A stretch of 39,175 nucleotides of DNA from a virus (Duplodnaviria; Heunggongvirae; Uroviricota; Caudoviricetes), in IMG/VR virus record IMGVR_UViG_2627853910_000005; one strand, written 5' to 3'. The first letter of the stretch is position 1; every line of letters begins with the position of its first letter. Under the pieces are notes generated by a model. It did no database searches. It had not been told where the DNA came from and saw nothing but the letters and a program-made list of their open reading frames with translations. The position numbers and the translations under genes were made by a program. Shown in pieces: positions 1 through 10,525 of this stretch.

Positions 1-234
1 ATGAAATCAAAAGACACCCTAAAGTGGTTCCCTGCGCAGCTTCCTGAAGTCAGAATTATCCTGGGAGATGCTGTCGTGGAAGTAGCAAAACAGGGAAGAC
101 CTATCAATACCAGAACATTGCTTGATTACATTGAAGGAAACATAAAGAAAAAGTCATGGCTGGATAACAAAGAATTATTACAAACAGCGATATCAGTTCT
201 TAAAGACAACCAAAATTTAAATGGTAAAATGTAA
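1..234 (+). CDS. Small prophage protein, YdfK/YnaE-like (77 aa)
   Basis: Complete ORF from ATG at 1 to TAA at 232-234. Resembles, from memory, the small cold-shock-induced proteins that sit next to pin in Qin/Rac-type prophages. Not verified by search. Confidence 0.45.
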   Translation: MKSKDTLKWFPAQLPEVRIILGDAVVEVAKQGRPINTRTLLDYIEGNIKKKSWLDNKELLQTAISVLKDNQNLNGKM

Positions 235-550
235 TATAATAAACTTACTTTTTTATCATTTTTCCACTTTAACAACATTTTGCTCCACTTTTCCACGACC
301 AAACAACTTGAAATCTGGTTAAAATAACACGCAACACTATTCTTCTTCCTTGAGTCCGCCCGGAACTCGAAAAACAAACCGAGTTAAAGCCATTTTTCAC
401 AAAATCGATTTTGGGTCTCACCAAAGTTACGGGGTTGCATACGCATTCGTTTATTTTCGAACGTGTACATACAAATATGCACAAAAATAATCAAAATTAT
501 TTTCTGAGATGCATTATGATATGAACACCAATTTCGTATAGAGTCTCACT

Positions 551-1141
551 ATGTCTCGAATTTTTGCTTACTGTCGGATATCAACGCTGGATCAGACCAC
601 CGAAAATCAACGCCGGGAAATCGAAAGTGCAGGTTTTAAAATCAAACCTCAGCAAATAATCGAAGAACACATTAGCGGCTCAGCAGCAACCAGTGAGCGT
701 CCTGGTTTTAACCGGTTGCTTGCTCGCCTGAAATGTGGTGATCAATTGATTGTGACAAAACTGGATCGCCTTGGTTGTAATGCAATGGATATCAGGAAAA
801 CAGTGGAACAACTGACCGAAACAGGTATCAGAGTGCATTGCTTAGCATTGGGGGGCATTGACCTGACCAGTCCAACAGGAAAAATGATGATGCACGTAAT
901 TTCAGCAGTCGCTGAATTTGAACGAGACCTTTTACTTGAACGCACTCATTCCGGGATAGTAAGAGCCCGCGGCGCAGGGAAACGTTTTGGTCGACCACCT
1001 GTGTTAAATGAAGAACAGAAACAGGTGGTATTCGAACGAATTAAGTCAGGTGTAAGTATAAGTGCCATTGCCCGGGAATTCAAAACCTCGCGGCAAACCA
1101 TTTTAAGAGCCAAAGCAAAACTTCAGACACCTGACATATAA
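551..1141 (+). CDS. pin: Serine recombinase, Pin/Gin/Hin-family DNA invertase
   Basis: 196 aa. N-terminal catalytic region [15 protein letters not shown] with the serine nucleophile and resolvase-type core; C-terminal HTH ([18 protein letters not shown]). Essentially matches my recollection of E. coli Pin. Confidence 0.92.
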   Translation: MSRIFAYCRISTLDQTTENQRREIESAGFKIKPQQIIEEHISGSAATSERPGFNRLLARLKCGDQLIVTKLDRLGCNAMDIRKTVEQLTETGIRVHCLALGGIDLTSPTGKMMMHVISAVAEFERDLLLERTHSGIVRARGAGKRFGRPPVLNEEQKQVVFERIKSGVSISAIAREFKTSRQTILRAKAKLQTPDI

Positions 1142-1368
1142 AAAATAATCTCGGTGTGAGATGCTTTACGTCTTCCAAGCCCCCTTCCTTGCCGTAAATG
1201 GAAAGATACATCTAATTATAGAATTTATATGTTTTACCCTACGGCAGTGCTGGCCATTCAATATCCTGTGCAGTTGACGTATCAACACGGTTCAGCAACA
1301 CCCGATACTTCTTCCAGGCTTCCAGCAACGAGGTTTCTTCCTCCGTTGCATATACAGCTCACCTTTTT

Positions 1369-1662
1369 TCACCCACGATTAACCAACAGCCAGACCAGCA
1401 GACACGCCACCACCGGCACAGCAAAATCCATCAGGCTTGCCACATCCCACGCGCGCGGATCAAAACCGCCCCACCACGGCATATTCATTCGCTTGCCATG
1501 CCCGAACATTTCAATCCAGCGATATTCTGCCTGGGTGTGTTCACGCGCAATGAAGAACGTACAACCAGCTATCGCCCCGTAAGCCCAGTTCCCGGTAAAA
1601 AGACCAATCAGTAGCTGCGCAGCCACAGCACAAAGCGCATGAAGGAAAGGTGTTATATCCAT
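1369..1662 (-). CDS. Small predicted membrane protein (97 aa), function unknown
   Basis: ATG at 1660-1662 preceded by a strong SD (AAAGGAGGAGTA) that overlaps the stop of the upstream ORF. Two hydrophobic segments (ALCAVAAQLLIGLF and AVPVVACLLVWLLV). Last gene of the tail-fibre operon. Confidence 0.5.
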   Translation of the reverse strand: MDITPFLHALCAVAAQLLIGLFTGNWAYGAIAGCTFFIAREHTQAEYRWIEMFGHGKRMNMPWWGGFDPRAWDVASLMDFAVPVVACLLVWLLVNRG

Positions 1663-1672
1663 TACTCCTCCT

Positions 1673-2377
1673 TTATCCGATATCGCTTCGGGAAACGGAT
1701 AACAACTTTAATTCTGACTCAAGTTCATCAACTCTTTCAGTCAGCTTCTGGATATGGTGAATCAGTGGAACAACCAGACGTTCGTACATTACACCTTCGG
1801 CAACAAGGCCATTGCTGGAAATAGCTTCCGGTGCATCATCTTCGTTAGCTGGTCGCCAGTGTACAAACTGAGGGGCAATTTCTCCTACTTCCTCGGCAAT
1901 CAATCCGTAGAATCCCCAGTCACGCCTGTCATTTTCGCATTGTGACCTGTACCACACAGGGCGCATCCTGAAAATGAGATCGGCGTGCTCTGAATCTATT
2001 GTCTCTACTGAATGTTTATAGCGGATAGACGATGTTGACCGCAGCACAGACGAAATTGCGGGGTCAGGATTAAGATAAAGGTTTGCCGCCGCTGTAGTCG
2101 TGCCCAATCCCCACAAATAAAACGCTTCACGGCCAGTCAACGGGTAAAAATCTCCACCATAACGACCGCTTTCCAGAGCGTTCACTTCCAGTTTGTTTTT
2201 CAGCTTATTATCAACTTCAGTTTTTGTGTATCTGGTGCTGATATCCTGCTTTGCACTGGTCATATCAGCCTGAAGCGTTGATACTTTTCCGTTAATTGAG
2301 GAAATATCTTCCTTGGCTTTACTGACATCTCCCTTTAACGTGGTGATGTCTCCTGGAATTACTGTCGATGTAGCCAT
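1673..2377 (-). CDS. Tail-fibre-like protein with C-terminal intramolecular chaperone (peptidase S74-type) domain
   Basis: 234 aa. N-terminal coiled-coil-like segment, then a C-terminal region (DWGFYGLIAEEVGEIAPQFVHW ... VMYERLVVPLIHHIQKLTERVDELESEL) typical of auto-cleaving tail fibre/tailspike chaperone domains. SD GAGGGAG 5 nt upstream of the ATG. Confidence 0.55.
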   Translation of the reverse strand: MATSTVIPGDITTLKGDVSKAKEDISSINGKVSTLQADMTSAKQDISTRYTKTEVDNKLKNKLEVNALESGRYGGDFYPLTGREAFYLWGLGTTTAAANLYLNPDPAISSVLRSTSSIRYKHSVETIDSEHADLIFRMRPVWYRSQCENDRRDWGFYGLIAEEVGEIAPQFVHWRPANEDDAPEAISSNGLVAEGVMYERLVVPLIHHIQKLTERVDELESELKLLSVSRSDIG

Positions 2378-2386
2378 TTGTCTCCC

Positions 2387-2668
2387 TCACATCCAGCCAC
2401 GAAGTTGATGTTCAACTACAACCGCGTATTCATCGAATATTAACGATTTTTTTGCATCATTAATGATGCGCACGTTTACAAAATATCCATCTTCCTTAAC
2501 ACATACCGGTTCGCCATCTTCAGTCAGTTCTCCGGTTTCTTTGTACACGTTACCTATCACGTCAATAAGAATATCATCCTGCATCGACTCGTCATCATAA
2601 TAGCCAATGCTATCCATAAAGGCCGAAAAGTCGGCCCTGTCTGCAAATTTGAGTGTTAAATCTTTCAT
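2387..2668 (-). CDS. Hypothetical acidic protein (93 aa), translationally coupled to the side tail fibre gene
   Basis: Its ATG overlaps the stf stop codon (TAATG). Acidic composition. No recognisable domain. Confidence 0.4.
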   Translation of the reverse strand: MKDLTLKFADRADFSAFMDSIGYYDDESMQDDILIDVIGNVYKETGELTEDGEPVCVKEDGYFVNVRIINDAKKSLIFDEYAVVVEHQLRGWM

Positions 2669-5045
2669 TAGATTGACTCCCCCATCTGAGCATCAGTCAA
2701 TGCCTTGTGCCATATTCTGAAATTCCTGACATGACCAAATAAATGACGCAACCCGGCTGTAGTCTGGCCTCCAATACGGATAATTGCGGAGTTCTGAATA
2801 TAGGACCATGTGGCTTTCTTTTCGCTAGATATACGCCCGTTACTTACTGAGCACGTAGACTGATCTGACTTTACACGCATCCCCATAACCATTTTTTCAA
2901 GCGATGCGTTTTCGTTTACCCGTCTGTTAGCCAAACCTATATCACAATAAGGAAATCCGTCGTAATCTGTTGAACGACCGAAGCCAAGAATAATAGCCGC
3001 TCCGGTTTGATGACCGCCGGTATCAAAAACACGCGGTGCTGCATTTGGCGTTTTATACCAGTTCTTATGTACCTCACAAAGAACCGTAAAAGGAAGATTA
3101 TAAAGGTTATTCTTGATTGGGACTGTCACCATATCGCTTGCGCGAGTGCTTGCAGTTATATCAGTTACAATAAATGACGAAGCACTTGATCCACCTTCCA
3201 CTTGTGGAGTTGCGATATCCAGATAGTCTCCAGATGCTGTACCTGAACCTTTTACAGGAGCGTATTGAACCATCGCACCAATCATGCTCTCTGTATCTAG
3301 TGCATTAATTGTAGCCTGATAGAAAATCCAACCAGTAACCTCATCTTTTACAGCCTTTGCAATAATACGGTCTGCAGCAGTACCAGTTTTATCAATTACA
3401 AGTGTTGATAAATTGAGGTAAGCATCTCCCAAAAAAGTGTAAGTATAACCATCATGGTGTTCAAATCTTAAACGACACCTTATATTTTCAACATCACTTC
3501 TTACACGGCATGAAATGGTCACATATTTTTCATCACCTGTGACATCAAACCCTTTACTGCCAGAAATCGTTACGATATTAATAGCACTTGTCTGACCAAT
3601 AAGAGTATCTTTTACAGTAAATCTCCCATAAGTAAAATTAAAAGAATCCGTGGATATTTCTGTGAGTTCCAGATTGCCTGACTTATTCCATTTAGATGGA
3701 TTTGTTGAATTAAGCAGAAGATTAGTTCTTTGCCCCTCAATAAGCAGGCCATCACGTTCAAATCGTGGCTCATCAATGGCAGCCTCTGTCAGCACACCAG
3801 ATTTGTTAATATAGGTTGCTTTCGATGCACGTTTAAACTTAACAATCTTGTCGCCAGGCATCGTTATTTCGTCGTCACCAATAACAATCTTTTTATATGA
3901 TGGCAAAAAGCCCGTAATCATATCCAGTGAATCGTTAAACGGTATCCACACATCAGGCAGCGGCTGTAAGACATATTTATACGGATCTGCTGCCTGGCTT
4001 GCATACTCTCTGGCTGCGTCTTCACTTGCTTTTGCAGCGGTCTGGCTTGCAGCGGATGCTTTCGCCGAGTTCGCCGCTGCAGTCTCGCTTGTCTTTGCAT
4101 TGGTTTCACTGGTTTTTGCTGCTTTTTGACTGTTGGCTGATGCAGTGGCAGAAGCAGCCGCCGCGCTTGCAGAACCAGCTGCAGCACTCTCGCTTTGGGC
4201 TGCTGCATCCTGACTGTTTTTCGCCGCAGTTTCGCTGGCTTTGGCATTCGTTTCGCTGGTCTTCGCTGCCGTCTGGCTGGACTTTGCGTTAGTTTCACTC
4301 GTCTTCGCAGCTTTCTGGCTGTTAGCCGCAGCAGTTGCTGATCCAGCTGCTGAAGTCGCAGAACCGGCTGCCGCGCTCTCGCTTTGGGCTGCTGCAACCT
4401 GGCTGTTTTTTGCCGCAGTTTCACTGGCTTTGGCATTCGTTTCGCTTGTTTTCGCTGCCGTCTGGCTGGACTTTGCGTTGGTTTCGCTCGTCTTTGCGGC
4501 TGTCTCGCTATTTTTCGCGTTGGTTTCTGATTTTTGGCTGCTGTCGCGGAGTTTGCCGATGCAGTCTGCGAGGACGCTGCCGCCTGTGCGCTGTTAGCTG
4601 CATTTGTTTCTGAGGTTTTCGCCGCGTTCTTCGATGATGCCGCTGCAGTTTCGGATTTCTTTGCCGCTGCTGCGCTCTGAGAGGCGGCTTCGGCGTTGCG
4701 TGCCGCTTCTTCCACCATTGCCTCAAAACGACGCAATGCCTCCGGCATGACATCATCTTCCGTCATGGCACCGAGAAAATCATTCAGCGTACCTGGTCTG
4801 GAACCTTCATAGACGGTAATGGTCCCGGCATGTGAAGGCGGAAAACCTTCAACCAGCAGGGTGACGCTGTACTGACCATACTCAACATCCATGCTGTAAC
4901 GCCCGGCTTCATCCGGATTTTCAGAGGCCACCGTGTTCACCAGTACCGTGGTGCTGTTACGCTTTGCCTTCAGTTGAATAGTGCAGTTCTGTATTGGTTT
5001 TCCCGCACCATCTTTCAGCACACCTGAGATTTTTACTGCTGCCAT
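2668..5045 (-). pseudogene. stf: Side tail fibre (Stf) gene interrupted by a single-base frameshift
   Basis: The first ~160 aa match the lambda Stf N-terminus (MAAVKISGVLKDGAGKPIQNCTIQLKA...), followed by Ala/Ser/Thr-rich AAKTSETNA-type repeats. The frame breaks at an A5 run (plus-strand T5 at 4531-4535) and the sensible translation continues in another frame to a concanavalin/LamG-like C-terminal tip (RHLFGHVRNFRIWHKALTDAQM). One extra A would restore a continuous protein of about 792 aa. Confidence 0.7.
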
Positions 5046-5054
5046 ATCCACTCC

Positions 5055-5083
5055 ACAAAAAAGCCCGCCTGAACCGGCGGGCT
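5055..5083 (-). terminator. Rho-independent terminator after lom
   Basis: On the minus strand: AGCCCGCC-loop-GGCGGGCT stem followed by TTTTTTG. Lies between the lom stop (5110) and the stf start (5045). Confidence 0.5.
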
Positions 5084-5109
5084 GTCATAACACTGTGTTA
5101 CCTGGCTAA

Positions 5110-5709
5110 TCAGAACTTATAACCGACACCCACGATGAAACCGTCAGTGCGCCAGTCGCCACTGCCGGAGCCTTCATAAGCAATATCAATGGCCACGGAT
5201 TCGGTCGGGTTAAACTGCACGCCAGCCCCCCACGCCAGAGACGTGTTGCTGTGGCGACCGTCATCACTTCCGGTCAGCACATCGTGCTTTTTCCCCTTGT
5301 TGTCAGTTACGCGAAGATAATCCCCGGAGAAAGTCGACACACGGCTGTAAGCTACACCCGCCATCGCATACGCGCTGAACCATTCATTCACGCGCACAGA
5401 CGGCCCCGCCATTACGCTGAACCAGCGGTTACGAACGGAATCTTCATGCCAGCGGGTATCGCTGTAACGGGTCAGCTGGCGATTCTTGTCTCCTGCATAG
5501 CTGAATGACGTCACCAGCCCCAGTGTGTCCGTAAACTCATAACGGTATTTCACGTTAATCCCGTTCAGATCATCACTGCCGGGGACGTTCGTCGAGGCAT
5601 GAAGATACCCCGCGCTCAGCGTGGACTGATGTTCAGACGCCCATGCAGGCGCACCGGATACGGCCAGACAAATGGCTGCGGACAAAATGGCTGCACAAAC
5701 TTTACGCAT
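5110..5709 (-). CDS. lom: Outer membrane protein Lom (Ail/Lom family)
   Basis: 199 aa with signal peptide. Near-identical to my recollection of lambda Lom (MRK.CAAILSAAICLAVSGAPAWASEHQSTLSAGYLH...GFIVGVGYKF). Confidence 0.93.
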   Translation of the reverse strand: MRKVCAAILSAAICLAVSGAPAWASEHQSTLSAGYLHASTNVPGSDDLNGINVKYRYEFTDTLGLVTSFSYAGDKNRQLTRYSDTRWHEDSVRNRWFSVMAGPSVRVNEWFSAYAMAGVAYSRVSTFSGDYLRVTDNKGKKHDVLTGSDDGRHSNTSLAWGAGVQFNPTESVAIDIAYEGSGSGDWRTDGFIVGVGYKF

Positions 5710-5776
5710 AATTACCTCTCGCTTTTCTGCAATAAAAAAGGCGCCATTTCTGGCGCCCGTATATGGGTTATAAAAT

Positions 5777-8700
5777 TCAGCTGATACTGATGCCTGCGGT
5801 GGCTTTCTTCATCACCACAACCAGCAAATCGCTGATACTTGCTGTGGGATACCAGTCATTTACCAGCCATGCTGACACCGAAAACTCCAGCGTCATGTGA
5901 CCGTGACCGGCAGGCATATCAATAACGCCACTGTAAATCAGCGTATTATCCAGCGCGGTACGGTTATAAATTTCAGCACCGTTTTTCCGCACTATCAGAC
6001 GGCATGAGGAGTAAATATCAGTATGCTCTCTCTCATGTTTAGCGCCGCTGAATGCCACCGCAGGAATAACAATCTGCCGGTCAAACGGCTGATCGTCATA
6101 AACCCTGACGGTAATGGTCCCTGATGGCCACCGTTCCGGTGCACGGGAGTCCCGGGGGAAAGCTTTGCCCACTGTTTTAACGAGATCGCCTTCAATCTGG
6201 TTCGCGGACAGTTTTCCCAGAACCCGACAGTTCTCGTTAATCGTGACGTTGTTGAGCGTCCCGGAGTTCGCATTCACGTTACCGCTGATATCGGCATTTT
6301 TCGCCGTCAGCCGCCCATCCGGTGTCAGGGAAAATGCCGGAGGATTACCGCCGCTGGTAATGGTCGGAGCCGTCAGGCGTTTCAGGAACACGTCGTTCAT
6401 GAATATCTGATCGCCCTGACCAACAAACATTGGTCTTGTGTTGCCATTAGACGGATCAATAAACGCGATACGGTTAGCGGCAACCAGGAACTGGCTCAGT
6501 TTGCCTTCCTCCGTGTCCTCCATGCTGAGGCCAATACCCGCGACATAATGTTTGCCGTCTTTGGTCTGCTCAATTTTGACGCCCCACATGGCATTCCACT
6601 TATCACTGGCGTCCTTCCACTCTTTCGAAAACTCCTCCAGTTTGCTGGCGTTATCCTCCGTCAGCTCGACTTTTTCCAGCAGCTCCTTGCCAAGATGGGA
6701 TTCGGTTATCTGGCCTTTGAAAAAATCCAGGTAACCTTCCGCATCATCGCTCGCCCGACCAACAGCCTCCACGAATGCCGATTTGCCAACGGTGTTCACA
6801 CTGCGAACGTAAAAATAATAATCATGGCCCGGCCTGATATTGATACTGGCAGCTATCCAGTACAGCGCCGTGCCAAGATAGCGGGCTGTGGTTTCAACCT
6901 GCCTGATATCCGCAATCCGTTTTTCCGAGAACCAGAACTCAAACTGTACCGTCGGGTCATAAACCGCAAGATGTGGCGTGGCGGTTATCTGAAAATAGCC
7001 CGGTGTCAGCTCAATCCGAGACGGCGCTGCCGGTGCGGCAATCCGGAACGATACCGATGCCGGATCGCCCTGCAGCCCCCACGCATTTACCGCCCGGACC
7101 GTCAGCATGTAACGCCCCAGCGCCAGTTGCGTGAAGCGGTATGTGGTTTCCGTCGTCCGGGCCGTGCTGACCAGCCGCTCACTGCCGTCATCCGCTGCCA
7201 CGGTCAGGCGAAGCAGGAAGCTCACGCCCTTCACCACTTTCGGCGTGTCCCAGCGGGCCAGCACCTGATATTCCCCGCTGTCTGCGGTGACTTCGGCAGT
7301 CAGGTGCTGCACCGCTGGCGGCGTGACACCATTCACCGTGCCGCTCTGGTCGCCGTCAAAGTGCGCCCCGTTATCCACGATGGCCTCTTTCTCCGGTACA
7401 TGCTGCACGGCAGTGATGGCATACGTGCCGTCGTCGTTCTCACGGATACTCACGCAGCGGAACAGGCGCTGGCGCAACGTCGGCAACTTCAGCCCCCACA
7501 CGCTGTATTCAGCAACGCCGTCAGGAACACGGCTCACTTTCACCTTCACGCCGTCGGTGACGGACTGGACCTCCACGCTGACCGGATTACCCTCACCGTC
7601 AACCAGGCTTATCAGCGTGGTGCCGGAGGATGGCAGCGTGATTTCACGGTCGAGCGTCAGCGTCCGGGTCTGGCTGTTCACCGCCAGCACGCGACCACCG
7701 ATGCTGATACCGGCATAGTCATCATCGCAGATTTCAATAACATCGCCCGGCACATGGCGAAGCCCTTCTGCGCCCACGCTGAAATCCACGGTCTGCGTTT
7801 CCAGCAGTTCCGTTTTAATCAGCCACAGCCCGGCTCGGTGTGCCTGCCCCCGACTGGTACAACCAAAGGCATCCATCTTCGTGACATTACGACCGTAACG
7901 GGCAATGGCCTGCGTATCTTCAACAAGCTCTGTCGCCGTCTCCCAGCCGTTGTTCGGGTCAATCCAGTTCACCTCAACGGCATTATGGCGGTCCTTCAGG
8001 GCGCTGAAGCTGTAGCGGAACGGCGCGCCATCATCCGGCATCACCACATTACTGCGGTTATAGGTCCACACCTTATCCGACTGTCGGTCCTGCACGAACG
8101 TCAGCGTCTGCCCGTTCCATACCGGCATACAGCGCATCGCCGAGCAGAAATCACTGAGCACATCCCACGCCTTGCGCTGTGTGGTCAGGTAAGCGTTACA
8201 GGTGATGCGCGGCTCCGTGCCGCCAAAGCCGTCCGGCACCGACTGGTCGCAATTCTGGCCGATGACATACAGCGCCCATTTATCCACATCCGCCGCACCA
8301 AGACGTTTCCCCATGCCGTAGCGCGGATGGGTCAGCATATCCCACAGACACCAGGCCATGTTGTTGCTGTATGCCGGTTTTAACGTTCCGTCCCAGATAC
8401 CGCTGTATTGCCGCGTCTGCGGGTTATAGTTCGACGGCACCTGCAGAATGCGCCCGCGAAGATGATAATTACGGCTCACCTGCTGGCTGCCGAACTGCTC
8501 CGAGTCCACCTGCACGCCAACCAGTGCCGTGTTCGGGTAGCACTGTTTCACATCGATGATTTCGGTGTATGACGACCAGAGCGTTTTGTTCTGCAGCTGG
8601 TCTGTGGTGCTGTCCGGCGTCATCCTGCGCATCCGGATATTAAACGGGCGCGGCGGCAGGTTATCCACCACCACCGAGGCCAGATACTGCGAGGTGGTTT

Positions 8701-9172
8701 TGCCCTTAATGGTGATGTCTTTTTCCGTCACCCAGCCACCGTTACGCTGTATCTGAACCAGCAGGCGGACTTCCGATGGATTCCTGTCCCCCTTTGAGGT
8801 GGTTTCCACCAGTGCCTGCACACCGAAGGTAAAGCGCAGACGGTCGATGTTTGCCGACGTGATGGTGCGGGTGATCGGCGTGTCATATTTCACTTCCGTA
8901 CCCAGCACCGTCTCGGAGCCGGAGGATTCAAATCCCTCCGGCGGTGTCTGCTCCTGTTCACCTGCCCGGAACACCACCGTGACGCCGGAGATGTTGGTAT
9001 TCCCCTCAGTGTCCAGCACTGGCGTACTGTTCAGCAGCACGCTTTTTAATCCATCCACCGGACCTTCAATCGGCCCTTCGCTGATGGCATCGATCACACT
9101 CAGCAACTGCGTGGACTTCAGGTTGTCCTTCGCTTCGCGCGGAGTATGCCCCTTACTGCTGCCTTTACCCAT
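5777..9172 (-). CDS. J: Tail tip / host specificity protein J
   Basis: Collinear with lambda J along its full length, from [18 protein letters not shown] at the internal ATG at 9170-9172 to the C-terminal receptor-binding region. The track ORF starts earlier at a GTG (9217) that has no SD. Confidence 0.93.
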   Translation of the reverse strand: MGKGSSKGHTPREAKDNLKSTQLLSVIDAISEGPIEGPVDGLKSVLLNSTPVLDTEGNTNISGVTVVFRAGEQEQTPPEGFESSGSETVLGTEVKYDTPITRTITSANIDRLRFTFGVQALVETTSKGDRNPSEVRLLVQIQRNGGWVTEKDITIKGKTTSQYLASVVVDNLPPRPFNIRMRRMTPDSTTDQLQNKTLWSSYTEIIDVKQCYPNTALVGVQVDSEQFGSQQVSRNYHLRGRILQVPSNYNPQTRQYSGIWDGTLKPAYSNNMAWCLWDMLTHPRYGMGKRLGAADVDKWALYVIGQNCDQSVPDGFGGTEPRITCNAYLTTQRKAWDVLSDFCSAMRCMPVWNGQTLTFVQDRQSDKVWTYNRSNVVMPDDGAPFRYSFSALKDRHNAVEVNWIDPNNGWETATELVEDTQAIARYGRNVTKMDAFGCTSRGQAHRAGLWLIKTELLETQTVDFSVGAEGLRHVPGDVIEICDDDYAGISIGGRVLAVNSQTRTLTLDREITLPSSGTTLISLVDGEGNPVSVEVQSVTDGVKVKVSRVPDGVAEYSVWGLKLPTLRQRLFRCVSIRENDDGTYAITAVQHVPEKEAIVDNGAHFDGDQSGTVNGVTPPAVQHLTAEVTADSGEYQVLARWDTPKVVKGVSFLLRLTVAADDGSERLVSTARTTETTYRFTQLALGRYMLTVRAVNAWGLQGDPASVSFRIAAPAAPSRIELTPGYFQITATPHLAVYDPTVQFEFWFSEKRIADIRQVETTARYLGTALYWIAASINIRPGHDYYFYVRSVNTVGKSAFVEAVGRASDDAEGYLDFFKGQITESHLGKELLEKVELTEDNASKLEEFSKEWKDASDKWNAMWGVKIEQTKDGKHYVAGIGLSMEDTEEGKLSQFLVAANRIAFIDPSNGNTRPMFVGQGDQIFMNDVFLKRLTAPTITSGGNPPAFSLTPDGRLTAKNADISGNVNANSGTLNNVTINENCRVLGKLSANQIEGDLVKTVGKAFPRDSRAPERWPSGTITVRVYDDQPFDRQIVIPAVAFSGAKHEREHTDIYSSCRLIVRKNGAEIYNRTALDNTLIYSGVIDMPAGHGHMTLEFSVSAWLVNDWYPTASISDLLVVVMKKATAGISIS

Positions 9173-9232
9173 TCCTAACGCTCCATAAACGACAAAACCG
9201 CCCGGAGGCGGTTTCACATAAAACGTTTTTCA

Positions 9233-9880
9233 TCAGCGACCAATCACTACAACCTGACCACCATCCCCTTCGTCTGCCGTGCTGATCTCCTGAGAGACCA
9301 CCCGCGACCCCACGCGCATTTCACCGTACAGAACGGGCAGAACATTGCCCTGGGCAACCATGTTATCCAGTGAGGAGAAATAGGTGTTCTGTTTGCCGTT
9401 ATCTGTACTTGCTGCCGTGGGCGTCCTGGCTTTCGGTGCCAGCATCTGCGCCACTCCGCCCAGGATCATACTGGCCCCTGCCGCATACATGCCCGATACA
9501 GCCGCGGCACCCAGCCAGCCCACAGGGTTCCACCATGCCACCGCAATCAGCGCCGCCCCCAGCACCACCTGAAACACACCGCCACTTTTAGCTCCCGCCA
9601 GACGCGGCACGATGTGGATCACGGCACCATTTGCCAGCGGCTCATTAAGACGGGCAGACAATTCGGTTTCACCTGCATCACGCCCGGCAATGCGTACCTG
9701 GTACCAGCCGTCGCTCAGTTTCTGACGAAACGCCGGGATCTGCATGGCCAGCGCCCGGATGGCTTCAGACCCCGTTTTCACTCGAAGGTCGATGCGGCGG
9801 CCAAATCGTTGTAAATCCCCGTAAAGGCAGATGCGTGCCATGCCCGGTGACGCCAGAGGGAGTGTGTGCGTCGCTGCCAT
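9233..9880 (-). CDS. I: Tail assembly protein I
   Basis: 215 aa. N-terminus MAATHTLPLASPGMARICLYGDLQRFGRRIDLRVKTG and C-terminus match lambda gpI. Confidence 0.9.
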   Translation of the reverse strand: MAATHTLPLASPGMARICLYGDLQRFGRRIDLRVKTGSEAIRALAMQIPAFRQKLSDGWYQVRIAGRDAGETELSARLNEPLANGAVIHIVPRLAGAKSGGVFQVVLGAALIAVAWWNPVGWLGAAAVSGMYAAGASMILGGVAQMLAPKARTPTAASTDNGKQNTYFSSLDNMVAQGNVLPVLYGEMRVGSRVVSQEISTADEGDGGQVVVIGR

Positions 9881-10521
9881 TTGTCGGTATACCTCTCTCG
9901 TTTACTCAGTTGTTCAGGAATATGGTGCAGCAGCTCACCGTCGCCGCAGTAAATGGCGGCATGATTCGGCACCGATGAACCAAAACAGCACAGCAGCACA
10001 TCGCCCGGTTGTGCTGATGACAACGCCACCTGATACAGCCCTGTGGCCTCCAGATTATCCAGATAGAGATTCTGACCGTTACGCCACCAGTCATCCCCGC
10101 GATGAAAATCCGGCATCTCAATCCCCGCCAGATGATAAGCATCCCGGAACAGCGTGTAACAGTCCGTCACCCCGTGCTCAAAGCGCCGCCCGGTGAGATG
10201 CGGCACACAGCGGAACTTGTGAATCGCCCCCCGGCAGACCAGCCACCACGGCAAATCACTCTGCACCTGCAGCCGCCGGTCAGCCTCACTCAGCCAGGGC
10301 AGACCACCGGGATGACTGTGGACCAGTGCCACAATCTCACCCTGCATCTCTGCCTGCAGCCAGTCCTCCGGAGCCATCCGGAAATAATCCTCCGGCTCAC
10401 CGGAAATATTCACGCAGGGAAAATATCTTTCCCCCTCCGGCGCTCTCACCACGAAGCCGCACGACTCCGCTGGCGCACATCGCCGGGCGTGCGCCAGAAT
10501 CGCTGATTCTGTCTCTGTCAT
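9778..10521 (-). CDS. K: Tail assembly protein K (NlpC/P60-type and JAB/MPN-type domains)
   Basis: From the internal ATG (MTETESAILAHARRCAPAESCGF...) the product matches lambda gpK. Its 3' end overlaps the start of I, as in lambda. Confidence 0.88.
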   Translation of the reverse strand: MTETESAILAHARRCAPAESCGFVVRAPEGERYFPCVNISGEPEDYFRMAPEDWLQAEMQGEIVALVHSHPGGLPWLSEADRRLQVQSDLPWWLVCRGAIHKFRCVPHLTGRRFEHGVTDCYTLFRDAYHLAGIEMPDFHRGDDWWRNGQNLYLDNLEATGLYQVALSSAQPGDVLLCCFGSSVPNHAAIYCGDGELLHHIPEQLSKRERYTDKWQRRTHSLWRHRAWHASAFTGIYNDLAAASTFE

Positions 10522-10525
10522 GGGA

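Noticed and set aside
1229-1582. 117-aa plus-strand ORF downstream of pin
   Set aside because: Overlaps, in antisense, the minus-strand membrane-protein gene that has a strong SD. No start context.
3990-4640. Tandem imperfect repeats that could be mistaken for a CRISPR-like or VNTR array, plus several plus-strand ORFs (3848-4129, 3999-4292, 4241-4597, 4335-4613)
   Set aside because: The repeats are the coding AAKTSETNA-type shaft repeats of the side tail fibre on the minus strand. There is no repeat-spacer architecture, and the plus-strand ORFs are antisense artefacts.
6548-8383. 611-aa plus-strand ORF
   Set aside because: Lies entirely antisense within the strongly supported J gene. Arg/Pro/His-rich translation typical of a GC-rich antisense frame, no motifs.
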